Source of the DNA: Tubulanus polymorphus
Taxonomy: Eukaryota; Animalia; Nemertea
Direction of reading: 5' to 3'
DNA length: 64,000 nucleotides
Assembly (NCBI RefSeq): GCF_964204645.1
Contig: NC_134026.1
Span: forward strand, 19,688,150 to 19,752,149
Part shown: piece after piece, positions 14,901-27,355 of the stretch
Layout of the letters: every line of letters starts with the position of its first letter
How positions within the stretch are numbered: position 1 is the first letter of the stretch
Notes under the pieces: model-generated
What the model saw: the letters and a program-made list of their open reading frames with translations, nothing else
The model's database searches: none
What the model was told of the DNA's origin: nothing
Translations under genes and position numbers: made by a program

Positions 14901-16942
14901 AGAGGCAACAGTTAATTTGATGGTCAAGGAAGCCACTTTACTGAAAAATAAACCGCTCACGATTATTTTCAAAATCTGGTCCCACAGTTATTAGATTTGT
15001 CACATAAGGATATGGGGTCGTCGATTTATCAAGTAAGCGAAGGGGTCTAATAAAAATACGTTCTAAAGGGGGCCTGCTATATCTGAATATCTGAAATTAT
15101 GCAGAGACAAAGTGACAATAAAGAAACATAGGCTAGGGGTAATAAGTACCCATACTGAACTACTGCTAAAAAGTTTCTTCAAGGACCAATTATAGATGAA
15201 TTAGCAATGGTATTATCTTAAATTATACGTCTTTTACTAACTAAATCATCTTTGAAATAATCGACAACTGAATTTACAACTTACCCAATTAAAATCTGTT
15301 CGAAAATCATAGTGAGTAAAATTGTGAACCTTCTTAGCACCGTAAACATTGGTAAACTGAAATTTTTAGAAAAAAATTCCAAAAATCAATAACTTAGCTA
15401 TCAAAACTGCTTGAATGAATAATAATTGATCGGAAAATCACCTCAACTTCTGTGTACCCGCCAACCCAAAAACCATATTCGCCAAATAAATCAATGGCAA
15501 AGGAAATATCTGAAAAATATTGAAAATCTGTTGACTTTTCATTCATCTCAACCACATTCGATTCAACTTGCAGAACAAAATCCATACCTGTACAATAGTT
15601 TCTTTGGAGCAGTCAGGAAAATGAATCATTTTTAACCTTTTGGCAATAAAAAGCACGACAATTGTTGTAATTAGCTGAAAAAGATCATTGACAAGGGTGT
15701 AACTAAACATTTTTAGTAAAGATGACTATCTGGTGTCTGCTCAACCAAATTTACATACCAGTACTAGATATAGTTCCACAATTGTGAACTAAGATTTGAC
15801 TCGAGTTTACTCATTGAAAATTGAACTGATTTTAAGTCTCGAGTTAATTCTAACTCGCAACTACGGAGCTGGATCCAGATGTATCGATCCTGAAGACCAA
15901 AAAGCTATTTCAAGAATAATGCTCCTTGATGAAGATCAAACATAAATCAGACAAGATTTACGGGACTATAAATAAAACATGGCAGAATCTGTCACTGAAT
16001 ATTATATATATGTCAAAGGGAAACATTTATCTTTTTTTTGTGCCATATACACTCAGTACCAGGGCCTAGACAATGGATGGTAATAATCAATAACCTACCT
16101 GGCCAAGAGCAAGAAACTGGAAGGACGGAAACCTAAAAAAATCACAAAACATATGAACTGATTTACATAGCCTAATGGGTTTAAAAATAGTGATGGGTTA
16201 GGATTACGAATTGCTTCTTAGAGATTGCCCAGACTGGATTATGGGAAGGTGGGTGTAAATAAATAACCCTATGTGTTAGTGTCACTAGGATGTTTCCTGT
16301 AGGTCTTAGAAACTTTTTGTATGACAAACCAATTATAAAAGGGCATTCTCTTTTGACAAAAAAATACCCTGAATTGCACACTTATTTGATAGACAGCGCC
16401 AATTTCAGATTTCTCTCATTTTAGGGCTATCAATTAAGATATTGGCTATACTTAAGCCTGCATAAAAACATGGTGAAGGATTAGGGTTAAGGCTAGGTTA
16501 GGCTTCACTTAATCTACACCAATTTATTGAATATTTATGGAGAGACTTAGTGGACGGTACCTTATTCATATAGCCTGCAACACTTTAGAATTAAAAGGCC
16601 TCAAGAAATACGACAATTTCCCATTGCATTGGGTGGTCACGCATCAACTATAGATATCTACCATCCTATGGTCATCGGATATAAAGGGTATGTTAAGGGC
16701 TGGGACATTTTTGGGGCCTTTCAGGGTTATGCCTATGGAGTAATATATAATTGATTGAATTGGACAATTTCGAATGCGGGTGCGTAGACATTTTTTGAGG
16801 TTTTTGGAGACGTTTCATACTTGTAACTGGTGAGCACCACTTTATTCACTACTATTATGATAAACGAAGAGATGCCATAGAACAGAGCACCGAATAATCG
16901 TTGCGATAACACGGGTACTGCAACGCCGGACCGAGTCTCCAT
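11940..16942 (-). CDS. SLC35D1: SLC35D-family UDP-sugar transporter (SLC35D1/D2, Fringe connection-like), ~11 exons
   Basis: Spliced translation [27 protein letters not shown]|[11 protein letters not shown]|...|[22 protein letters not shown]|[19 protein letters not shown]|...|[17 protein letters not shown]...|[14 protein letters not shown]|...[14 protein letters not shown]|[15 protein letters not shown]|SALGSVVY; stop TAA at 11940-11942. Paralog (D1 vs D2) is not resolvable by eye. Confidence 0.9.
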
Positions 16943-17269
16943 CCTGATGTGCCACGAATTATTCCTCTCCCGGAGGGTGCTGCCACCTATGCAATCAAAA
17001 AATGATTGACAGTTAGTTAATTGCGTGAGAAACGCACGGGGTTTCGGAAACAAAACTTCTTCCTTTTGTTTAGCCAGAATTCCACGTATCGAAATAATTC
17101 CTCGACATTTTCATACAGTATTTACAGAGAAATTAATTTTTGAGTTAAAGACTAAAATGTTCATACCATTTTGTTCGATATGAAATTTACTTACGGCGCC
17201 CTCAGCGCTTCCGTACGTTTCCCAAAAATGGCAGCGTCCTGGCGATGACGTTTCGGAACGGATTTTGAC
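16943..17269. promoter_or_regulatory. Left part of the SLC35D/GIPC bidirectional promoter, split by the MULE insertion
   Basis: CpG-rich segment upstream of the SLC35D ATG with a YY1-like AAAATGGC (~17225) and half-CRE ATGACG (~17245). Removing the transposon leaves ~406 bp between the two divergent start codons. Confidence 0.55.
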
Positions 17270-17972
17270 GCAAAAGGTTGAAAGCCTGTTTTGGTCGATG
17301 GCGAGTGACGTCACTAGTACAAATTCCGAGCGGTTCGAATCCCACAATACGCCAAAATCACTACGGCCGCTCTGAGCGCACATCGCATTTCAACGTTGCC
17401 GTTTAATAATTGTAAAATAACTAATAATAGTTTAAGTTTTATAAGGGTTAGAAGTACATTGTATTTACTGCTAGTGTATGTATATATCATGTACGGTTGC
17501 GAGAAATCCCTGCCCTGGTTAAACAGTAAGTCCACTAAATCTTTAAATTTTAAGTTGTTTAATGAAACTATTATTGTTTTAAATTGTTAAAACTGCAAAC
17601 TATGGTTGTCGAAGATGCACCTTCTTCACATCCTTTGAAATCCTGGATAGCATCGCTGTCGGCAAAGACCTTCAGGTCTGTCTTCAACGGCACATCGCTT
17701 TGGAACAAGCGACTACTGTGTTATCAAATCTGAACTAGGTAAAAAAATGTTCCCCAAAAATAAAGACAAGTAAACGGATTAATTTGAGGTTTGAATGTTT
17801 TTGTTTATTTGTTGGTTCAAATCGAACCCTCGTCATCCTGATCTCCATAAATCTAAGAAAAGTATTCGCACACTTAAAACAATAAAATACGAGCAATAAG
17901 CAATAACATCAGACTGGAGTAAGTAACTTTACTTAATTCACAGATACAATCCTACACAAAACAATAGCTATT

Positions 17973-18212
17973 CAGTGGCGGATCCACCCCTCTATTTTTA
18001 CCGATGTAGCCGCAAATCTATGCGTTACTGAGTAAAAACCGAATGAAATCTTTCTATTAAGTAATGCTCAGAATGCACCTGCTTGCATCTATTTTTCCAA
18101 AAAATTTTTAGGAAGGGTCTTCGCGTTATCGGTGCTTGCTCTGGAATGGCTTACAGCCATCTGTTGTTGCTTTCATTTGCCCCCCCCCCTTCAAAATGCT
18201 GGATCCGCCCCT
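17973..18212. mobile_element. Short MITE relic (CAG(G/T)GGCGGATCC termini), nested in the MULE
   Basis: CAGTGGCGGATCCA at 17973 and TGGATCCGCCCCTG ending at 18212; related ends near 27810-28070 and ~6095. Confidence 0.55.
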
Positions 18213-18344
18213 GAGTGCAGACAAAATGATCGACAAAGACATACAGAACTCTAAAACAACAGTTAACAATTTAAGCAACGATAGACAAAACAGATAGCTG
18301 ATTACTTTACAAACCTGTTGTCAGAACCTTAATTATTTTTACAT

Positions 18345-18890
18345 GTACATACAGAGGACTGTTAACAATTCAACCAATGAAATTGCGATAGAGATACAGA
18401 ACATACAGCTTTAACAGTAAACAATGCAACCAATGAAATTGCGATAGAGATACAGAACATACAGCTTTAACAGTAAACCATGCAACCAATGAATTGCGAT
18501 TAACTAAGACCTACGAGCAATTATCAAGTTTGATAATTGCTCGTAGCTAAGACATACAGGACAAACAGGACTAACTTAATTGCGATAGACATACAGGACA
18601 TACAGGATTAACAGTAGACAATTCAACCAACGAATTGCGATTAACTAAGACATACAGGACTAAACCACAGGACATACAGGACTAACAGTAGACAATTCAA
18701 CAACCAATGAATTGCGATTAACTAAGACATACAGGACATACAGGACTAACTTAATTGCGATAGACATACAGGACTAACAGTAAACAATGCAACCAATGAA
18801 TTGCGATCGCGATCACAAAGACATACAGGACAAACAGGAATAAACCACAGTAAATTGCGATAAAAAAGACATACAGGACTAACTGCAGTA
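18345..18890. repeat. Modular subterminal minisatellite inside the MULE (CAACCAATGAATTGCGAT / ACATACAGGAC / TAACAGTA modules)
   Basis: About 9-10 imperfect units built from the same short modules. Confidence 0.85.
18504..18553. mobile_element. 36-bp palindromic insertion with 7-bp TSD (transposon footprint or micro-element)
   Basis: CTAAGAC|CTACGAGCAATTATCAA-GT-TTGATAATTGCTCGTAG|CTAAGAC. Neighbouring minisatellite units show the empty site TAACTAAGACATACAGG. Confidence 0.8.
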
Positions 18891-19661
18891 AATATATAGG
18901 GCCTTAGGAATGCAAAATTCATTCATTTTGTCATTTGTAAACATTCCACAACTTATTTCATTATGTCATTTCCAGTTTTCAAAGGGAATTTTCTTAACTT
19001 CAGATGCCTCGAGGACATAAACATATAGAAAGATCTGTCCCAAAAAAATGTCAAGTGTCTTTCATAGTGCAATGGGCCCTGGTTTCCACGTTTATATATC
19101 ACATATAAAATTCTACAGAAACAATCAATGAATAAGTGAAAATTTACGAATAACAAACAAGACATTCAAGCAGTTGAGTAAGTTAAAATGGGACCAATCT
19201 ATATATATTATATATGGATTATACAATTTAATCAGGGACAGCCTTGAACCGAGGTTGATGTGTCCATACACTCTCTTCATACACTCTCTGAACATGCATG
19301 TATGTATACTGCTGCCAATTGATGATAAGTCAAGGATGTTGAAGTTCTAGACATGGTCAGAATCATCCAGAGACATCGGCACGCATCACAATAACTGATG
19401 ATTTTGCAGTAACCTGTAACATAAAAAATCAAGCGGTAATCTATTCACAAAATATATTTTCCTGAAAGAAAAAACCTGAAATAGAGCACTATAAACACCA
19501 GTGCATATACATCGCTTCTTAACCTTATATATAATCGAGTAAATATATAGGTGACTAAGTGACGGTCATTATAGGCTTCTACGTTCACCATGGGAAATGA
19601 AAATATTTCTAATGTCAGGGATTCATTCGAAACCCGATCAATAATATTCTATACAAACTAT

Positions 19662-22600
19662 TTAGGAAATCGGGTCACAATGAAAACAAAACCACCTGAT
19701 ATGTTCAGGAGGAGCCTCATTGATTGGAGCACATTTCCAATGATACCATCTATGGCAATTATCACATTCAATTGAGAATGTGGACTTTTTCTTAGGATTA
19801 GCATTGCATTTTTTGTGGCAGACAGGGCAGGTTTCAGCAACTAACTGAGAAGGGGTTTTTTCAACTTTTGATGACAAAAGATTATCTAGTTTCAATTTTG
19901 CTAGGTTTTGGAGGCCTGCATTTCCAGGTTGATCTATAAGAATTTCTAATTCTTTTTCAGAATTGGAATTATTGATTTCTGTAATAGGAGAACTGTTGAG
20001 ATAATCATCTCTATTATTATAATCGATTACAATAGATTTTTTCTTATGATGATTATGTTCAATACGAATGTGCTTTTGAAGGAATGTTTCACTTGCATAT
20101 GAATTAATAACCCCATCTGCCCAACAAATAGCACATGAGATAGGTTTCAAAGATGAATGAGAAGTGGATATGTGCCTATCTAGTTCCCTGCGACATGAAC
20201 AAAGATATGGAGGATTTATTTTGTCTTTAATACAAAAGGAACAGACAATACTTTTTTCAAATAAAACAGACTTCGAGTCATTTTTAACAACTGGTATTGA
20301 CTTAATATCTTTTGGTTTGGTATCTTTTGATTTTTTTGGTAAGGATGATTTATTCTGACTTAAAATATCTGCTGAAAATTCGATATCATTGCCAGGATCT
20401 GGATCAGTGGAGTCTATGGTTTCAATTTCTGATATTTTAGCTTTTTTACCTAGTTTGATAGCAGCATTTTCAACCATAGCAGAAAAGGATACACCTCTGT
20501 TAGCAGGTCTAATTATCTTTCGCCCTCCGTGTCTTGCATTCTCAGCATCTTTAGGCATTGTAACCTTAGGGCAGTAAGGGTCTATCACTTCAAGTTCAGG
20601 AAGGTTTATGGCAACCTGATTGTCCTTGATTGGACCCTCAGCACGCCTATGAGCCATATTGTGAGGTTGTCGTTTGGCAGGTCGTCCGCTTATTAACTTA
20701 ATTCCACAGTGGCTTTCATTATGTAAAATACTTAGAATGTGCCCTTTCCGAGCAGCATTGATATCATTCGAGCTAGCAATGTGGGAATGATCTTTTAACT
20801 TATCAATGAGGGTAGATGAAACAGAAATATTTTGTCGAGTAAAATTGTAAGTTGGCAGAGGCTCCACAATGTGGAATTTATATGCATCAATTAAAGCCTT
20901 CGTTGTGGTTATATTGTTTTTTTGGGCAAAACAGGCAAAAAGATGTTTGCAAAAATATGGTTGTCCAATCATTATAAAAGCTTCACAAGTACATATACCT
21001 AGTTTCAAATTGATTAAATGGCAATTACCATCTACGTATGAAAGACAATTTTCAGGAACGATTGTAATAACGTAATTGAATAAGATACGACTGGATATTG
21101 AATCTAAATTTCCTATGTACCTTCGGCATTTTTTTGAAATGTCATATGAATGTTCCTCGGATATTGATACTTTATCGGGGAATCTTTCTTCTAAAACATC
21201 AAGCTGATTGAATGTATATTGAGTATCACCATTGAAAAAATTATCATTATCTTCTAACCTATTTAAGTTCTTTCGTGAAGAACTCTTCACAACAAACCAA
21301 TTAGTTTCTTCATCATATTTTAAAATCTCATTATTCTGTAATAAATCAAAGGCTCTTTTGCAACACTTTTCTATCTTTTCAAGGTGACGTATATTCTTAA
21401 CTCGTTGGTCAAGTTGCTTAAATTGGAGATTGTTCATATTTGTCGCTTTGATCTCATCATTAAAAACATTTTCAAACAGTAATCGTACAAAAGATGATAT
21501 CAGTTTATTTAGGTGTCCACTTAAGTAGACATCATCTATTTGTTTGAATTTGCGCTCAGTAATATTATCAGTTAATAGCAAAGGGTTATTTCTGTTAGAT
21601 TGGTCTGACTGATAAATTGATTCAGCATTGAATGCCCCAGACCAAATTTGGGAATTAAACCAATTCTTCTTTAGGTAATCAATAAATAATGTTTTTGTAT
21701 CTTGCGACATAAGGTCTAAAGAAATATCATTCTCAATAAAACTAATAAATGAATTGGCTATATCAGTTCTAGAGGAAGCATCCCATGATCTCATAATGCA
21801 TTTGAAACCAGTTTCTAGAGGCTTGCAAAATAAGCGAAGTTCTTGATTTTCATTCATGAAGCGACGAATACACTGCAGGACATGAAAATTACATAGTACT
21901 GATTTAAGATTATTGTCAGATGCTCCTTGCTTTAGACTTGCATCTTTATCATGTTGTACAAAAGGACAAAATCTAGATGTTGATGAACATGGCTTGATTC
22001 TGAAAAAACCATTGCCATCATTAAATATATAGAATTCAGATGGATGATTACATTTTTCGTCTTTACATGGTGTATTGGCTAGAACTAACTGGATGGTAGT
22101 TGCATGAGTAGCCCCCCCTTCATCACTACTAATTGATGCAGCAGCAATACGTCCTTCATTTTTGTTGTCTGCAAAAGTTACAAATGAAGTTTTGAATTTC
22201 CACGAATTGAAATCATGTTTCACGTCAATACCAATGACAGATTGTCCAAAGTTGGATAAATGTTCCAGAGAACGAGGATCAGAGAGAATAATGTGATAAT
22301 TACGTTTGAGTGTGGCATCCCCTCGTTGAAATAAAAGGACAGATTCATAGTTACCCTCTAATAATTTTTCAGTATTTCTCCAATCAGAACTTAGAATAGG
22401 TATTTCGTCTTGAGATTTCATATGTAATTTTATCGAAGATTTATCAATATATTTCAATCTATTTGAAATTTGATCTAGGGTATGGTCATGACCGGCGCCA
22501 TCATTTACATTTGATACATGAAGGTTATTGTGAGCATTGGTGGCAGAAAGAACCTTCATTGCTGTGGCTTTCATCATGACTCTATTTTCATCCCATCTAT

Positions 22601-25398
22601 CTCTAGTAGATAAATTAGGTCGCTTTTTAATTTGTAAAGGAATATTGTCATGATATTGACCATTAAGTGGTTTGCTGAAGATTCTCCACTTGGATAAATC
22701 AGTACTAAATAATACAAGTTTCGTTGCCCAATAACACATAAAATGAGGGTGAATTAATTTTTTTGGCTCAAACTGCTGCCTTAACTTCACAGGACGATCA
22801 CGTTTATTCTTCAGCTTATAGTTGTAACAGTTGGAACAAAGTGTTTCACCATCAGCATTTTTCCTCCATTTGTTAGACATGGTAATGGAGCAATGAATAC
22901 ATTGTTTATCATTTAAAACAACGTCAATTTGACATGAGGGACAATTAGTGATGTTACTGGACATATTCAACTTTGAAAGATAATATCCACATGATGATTT
23001 ACAAACTGAAGACTTTGACGAACATTTTATGAGCATTTCTGCAGCCACAAATTGAGAAGTATCCTCAACAATTGGCTCAATAAATTCAAATTTATTATCT
23101 AATCTATGGGTTTGCCAATTCTTTTTTAATGTTAAGGAAGCTTTCATCGTTGTCTGGTTACCAACAAATGAAGGCCGCACATTCTTATGCAGACGAACTG
23201 TTTTTGTAAAATCAAAAGTGAATCTATCGAAATAATATTTTGTGTCAGCACCAGTCATTACTTCCCCATTTTCAACCCATTCATCACTAAGTGGATTCTG
23301 GTTGTTGAGGTATTTCTTGATAGTGTCAATGGCTACCTGGTCATTTGTACCTTGGTCTGTACAATGAAAACTTTTATACTTCGTCTTACTGCCAGTTGAA
23401 TGAAAAGCAACTTCAAGATAATGCTTTCCTCTCCTGATGCGATGGGAGATAGTAGTTTTAGAACCATTAATATGGGAAGTTAATGGTTCAGCTGAATTTA
23501 GAGTTAATGAGGATTGAGGATTCAAAATTGAGGATGTAGATTCAGGTGTAGATTCATTATTCGAAATTGGTGTAGATTCAGGTGTAGATTTAATAGTCAA
23601 AATTGGTGCAGATTCACTATTCGAAATTGGTGTAGATTCATTAGTCAAAATTGGTGCAGATTCACTATTCGAAATTGGTGTTGATTCAGGTGTTGATTCA
23701 TTAGTCAAAATTGGTGCAGATTCACTATTTGAAATTGGTGTTGATTCATTAGTCAAAATTGCTGCAGATTCATAATTCGAAATTGGTGTAGATTCAAGTG
23801 TTGATTCATTATTCAAAATTGGTGTAGATTTAGATTTGGCTGTAGTTAAGACTGATTTGCTTTTTTTAGGGGCAATATAAGAGTCTGACATCTTTAATTC
23901 AGAACTAGCTAGTGTATTATTTGACTCAGTTGATCGTTTATGTCTCTGTCTGCGAGATAATCGTGATATCTTAGAGAAAGTAGTACTATTAGCAGTAGGT
24001 TGAGATGACTTTGAGAAGAGTTGAGTAATATCAATTAGATGTTTCATAAGCCAATTAATCAATATCAATCTAACAAAATCAGAATAGTTAGAAATGTTCT
24101 TAAGATAAGATAATTCATTGGGAGATGAAAATACACTTGAAATATCCTTTTCATAATAGGTTGCAATGCAAGCACCAATTAATGTAGCAGGGCCACAGAC
24201 AGATGAACATGATTGGAGTGGGTAATAACTAGTACAATTATTACTACATACATGCACTGAATTTTCAGTAACAAAATGAGGATCATGGAGGTGGATATAA
24301 ACAGGATCAGGGCAATTCAAACCTTTCAAAACAGATCTTAAATGATTTTTAAATTCCCTTGGACAATCCCATGCTAGTGTATCAGCATAACACAGTTTGT
24401 TACTTTTTGGGTAAAAAACTGCTAGTGCATAATGATTGGCAACAACATGTCCATAAGAATTTAGAAATACGAAATCGTTTTGGGTGCCAACATGCAGGAA
24501 AAAAATTAGTTTATCACAACTTATGAGTGGATTAGGACCGAATCTTTTATATAAATTTGAAACATATTTCTTAGCATCAAATGTAAGTGGCATCATAAAT
24601 GCATGAATATTACAGTACTGTTCATTTATCATAGATGCAAAAGCATTTAACACAGATCCTTCAAACCATTTTTGATTAGTCATCGTCTGAAGTTCTGATA
24701 CAGATACGCTATTATTATTACCAACTGGAAATTGTTGAGAGGGTTTTAAGGAAAAGAGCATATTTGAAAATGCTTGAATCTGTTCCCAATCGACTGAATC
24801 AGTGGGGCTTAAAGGCTTACTATTTACCCAAAGATTCATGGCAAAAAGATCTTGTTGTTTGGTTTTAGCATAATGTAAGAAAAGAAACCTATTAATCTGA
24901 TCAATAGAATAGCAGCCTGTATCGAGTCTCACATGGATATTAATGGAAGGGTCACGGACAATCCTTGACTGCATCTGTGCTTTTATGTCCTCCAACTGAT
25001 TTTTGTGGGGCATAGTGGGGGCATCATCAGCCAAATGACATGAATTAGACATGTCACAAATTCTGAATGACGTGACCTTTGATGGCATAACAGGAGGAAT
25101 TTTCAAAAACTGATAGTCATTGAGGCACATTTCTGTTGGATTGTAACTAAAATTTCTTCTACATACATGTTCATCATCAGAATCATTCTCATCACTATCA
25201 TCAATTATGATTGGTTCGATACCTCCACCACCTGTGATACTTAGCTGTTTTTTGTTTTCCATCCAGCTATCTTCCTGCATCTTTAATCTTTCTATCCTTT
25301 CTTTCGAACTATCTTCCTGCATCTTTTCTGCTTCCTCTATCGTTCCTTCCGAGAAATTGTCACAAGCCGCGTCCTTTCCTTCTTCCTCCATTGTCCGC
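19662..25398 (-). CDS. MULE transposase polyprotein, terminal exon (~1,911 aa): Ulp1/C48 protease, STP repeat, GATA ZnF, MULE DDE, SWIM, 2x C2H2, PHD
   Basis: Ulp1-like KWFEGSVLNAF...HYALAV...YADTL...LQSCSSVCG (~24170-24700); GATA CIHC-x17-CSNC (~22795-22901); DDE core IGIDVKH / QHDKD / LCNFH / TDNITE (~21550-22240); SWIM CTC...CKH (~20940-21000); two C2H2 (~20060-20245); PHD CPVC...CDNC..WYH.KC...WFCFHC (~19675-19830). Splice acceptor tttcag at 25399-25404. Confidence 0.9.
23535..23830 (-). repeat. Coding tandem repeat (ESTPISNSESAPILTN-like units) forming a linker in the transposase
   Basis: Repeated GATTCA...CGAAATTGGTG / TAGTCAAAATTGGTGCA units, about 6 copies, all frame-preserving. Confidence 0.85.
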
Positions 25399-25559
25399 CT
25401 GAAATACACATTATCAACTCACTTTTTTTAGACATATGAATAGATAGAGTATGAAATTACCCATATAGGCCTAACATAAAACATGGGTATCTCTGAGTCA
25501 TTTGCATTAAGTCATTTAGATTTGTAGGTACTAAATTAATTGAATTATGTTGTACTTAC

Positions 25560-27355
25560 ATTTCAGTATGGTTTAAACTAACATGGTCTAGAAGATCTTT
25601 CCAATTGGTGAATTCAACTCCGCAAAAACATGTCGAGTCAGCAGGATCCGTCTGTGGATGAATAACCTAATGTGGAAGAGCACATTAATCTGTTTTTGCT
25701 TCAACATCTAAGCAAAAATAACAAAAATGAACCCGCGTCTCGCAGAAAGGGCATCAAACTTACATGTTCCACTGACTTCCTTTTTCTGTTAAATCTTTTA
25801 GTATTGTGACAACTTCTATTGTAGCATCCCTGAATATGAAAACAAAGCTTTACAGCATAAATCATACCAATACCAATGAATTTCTATAATTTCATTTCGA
25901 GAAACATATTACTCACGTTCTTAGTCTGATAAAAAGGAGTAAATAATTGAGGCTTTAAACAAATAGCAACACCAGCCACATCAATTTTAGTCATGTACTG
26001 GAAAAAAAAGACAGATTTGTGCATGCACAGCCTTTAGGTAATTGTGAAATAAAAGTGACCAAACTAATATTAAATCATAAGTTCTTGAGATGATATGTAC
26101 CTGGTCGAATGTGAAAAAGGCTCTTTGATCTTCACAACAGAATTGTTTCCTTGTATGATGCGCAACGTCAAAACTGCTATACTGGATTGAAGGATACAAA
26201 AAACTGTTAAAATATATCTAACTTTATAAAGATAAATCACGTACAAATCACTTAGGAAAACAACTTTACCACTATTGTTGAATCATCCCATGCTCTTGCT
26301 TGATCATCCTTCAATTTGTTTTTTGCTATCAGCTATCAATATGATTCATTAATTCAATGCAAGGATTTTGAATAAAGTGGTTTCGTATTCAAGTTATAAA
26401 AACTAATTGCAAATCATTCATTTTCTAGGATATCAATGCTAAATGATTACCTTTCGTCGATGGACTGCTCTACTTCTTTGCATCTTTTCAATCTCATATG
26501 GAAAGTATTGAGGGCACCTGATTAAGAATCATTCATTATTTCCAGTACAATCATAAAATTTATGTAGTTTGCATACCTGGTAATTGGATAAAATAATGCA
26601 ATTCTACGTACATTTCATCTTCATTTTTCAATAGCAGTAGTTCCATTATCCTGTTATTTATGAACTGATTTCCCTTACGGCTGGGGTGTAACAAGTCAGT
26701 CCTAGATCACAAAATTTAGAAAAAAACAAGTTAGTTTAAATCGCGAAAAAATGCACATAACCTACTGGGCTTATTAAGATTAAACGATTACTTACGGTGA
26801 AAGGAGATCTCTTGAGAAGTGAAAATCAACGAACTTTACACCAAGTGTAAAGCATTCGCGGTGCAGCATTTCATTGTAATGAAATATTTTTGTGTCAGCA
26901 TCGAAACTTTAAAAAAGAAAGAAATTTAAAAATCATTACATCGATCATAAATATAGTACTTCAAGAAAAATCTATTCTTGATACTTACTCATCACATCGA
27001 GGAAAAAGAGCTGGTACAATGATGGTCCCAGTACATTTATAGAGCAACAATCGAATTAATTCAACGTGTCTTCGCAGAACAATCTCAAGCGGGACATCAC
27101 GCGTCATATTATTTGTTCCAACATGGACGATTAGTTGTTCCACATTCAGCATCTTCACCTTTTTCAATTCTGTAATATACAACTAATCAGTAACCCAATG
27201 AAAATGAACAATATAAATCAGTACTGAACCGAGAAATTACCTTCCATCAATGTTTCAATGGTTCCTCCGGGGCACACGATCCTTGTCCATTCAAATAAGC
27301 CTACACCATCTAGCCCAGCATACTTTAAAATGCTGTCTGCTACGAGACCAATACG
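25560..27355 (-). CDS. Upstream exons of the MULE gene: SGNH/GDSL hydrolase domain plus C2H2-type fingers
   Basis: Exons 27241-27355 (IGLVADSILK block I; CPGGTI block II), 26989-27169 (LIVHVGTNN block III), 26796-26906, 26612-26701 (DLLHPSRKG block V), 26451-26517, 26270-26332, 26101-26181, 25917-25997, 25764-25829, 25560-25666 (CFCG..F....L..H....H). All are GT-AG and in frame with the terminal exon. A candidate start micro-exon ending in ATG|GT lies at 28292-28310. Confidence 0.75.

Noticed and set aside
18345-18890. CRISPR-like array
   Set aside because: Eukaryotic context, no unique spacers between identical repeats, and no cas genes; it is a modular minisatellite.
17600-19420. Additional cargo gene in the MULE left arm (exon-like patches ~17600-17735 and ~19280-19415)
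   Set aside because: Could not assemble an open spliced frame or find any motif; may be UTR.
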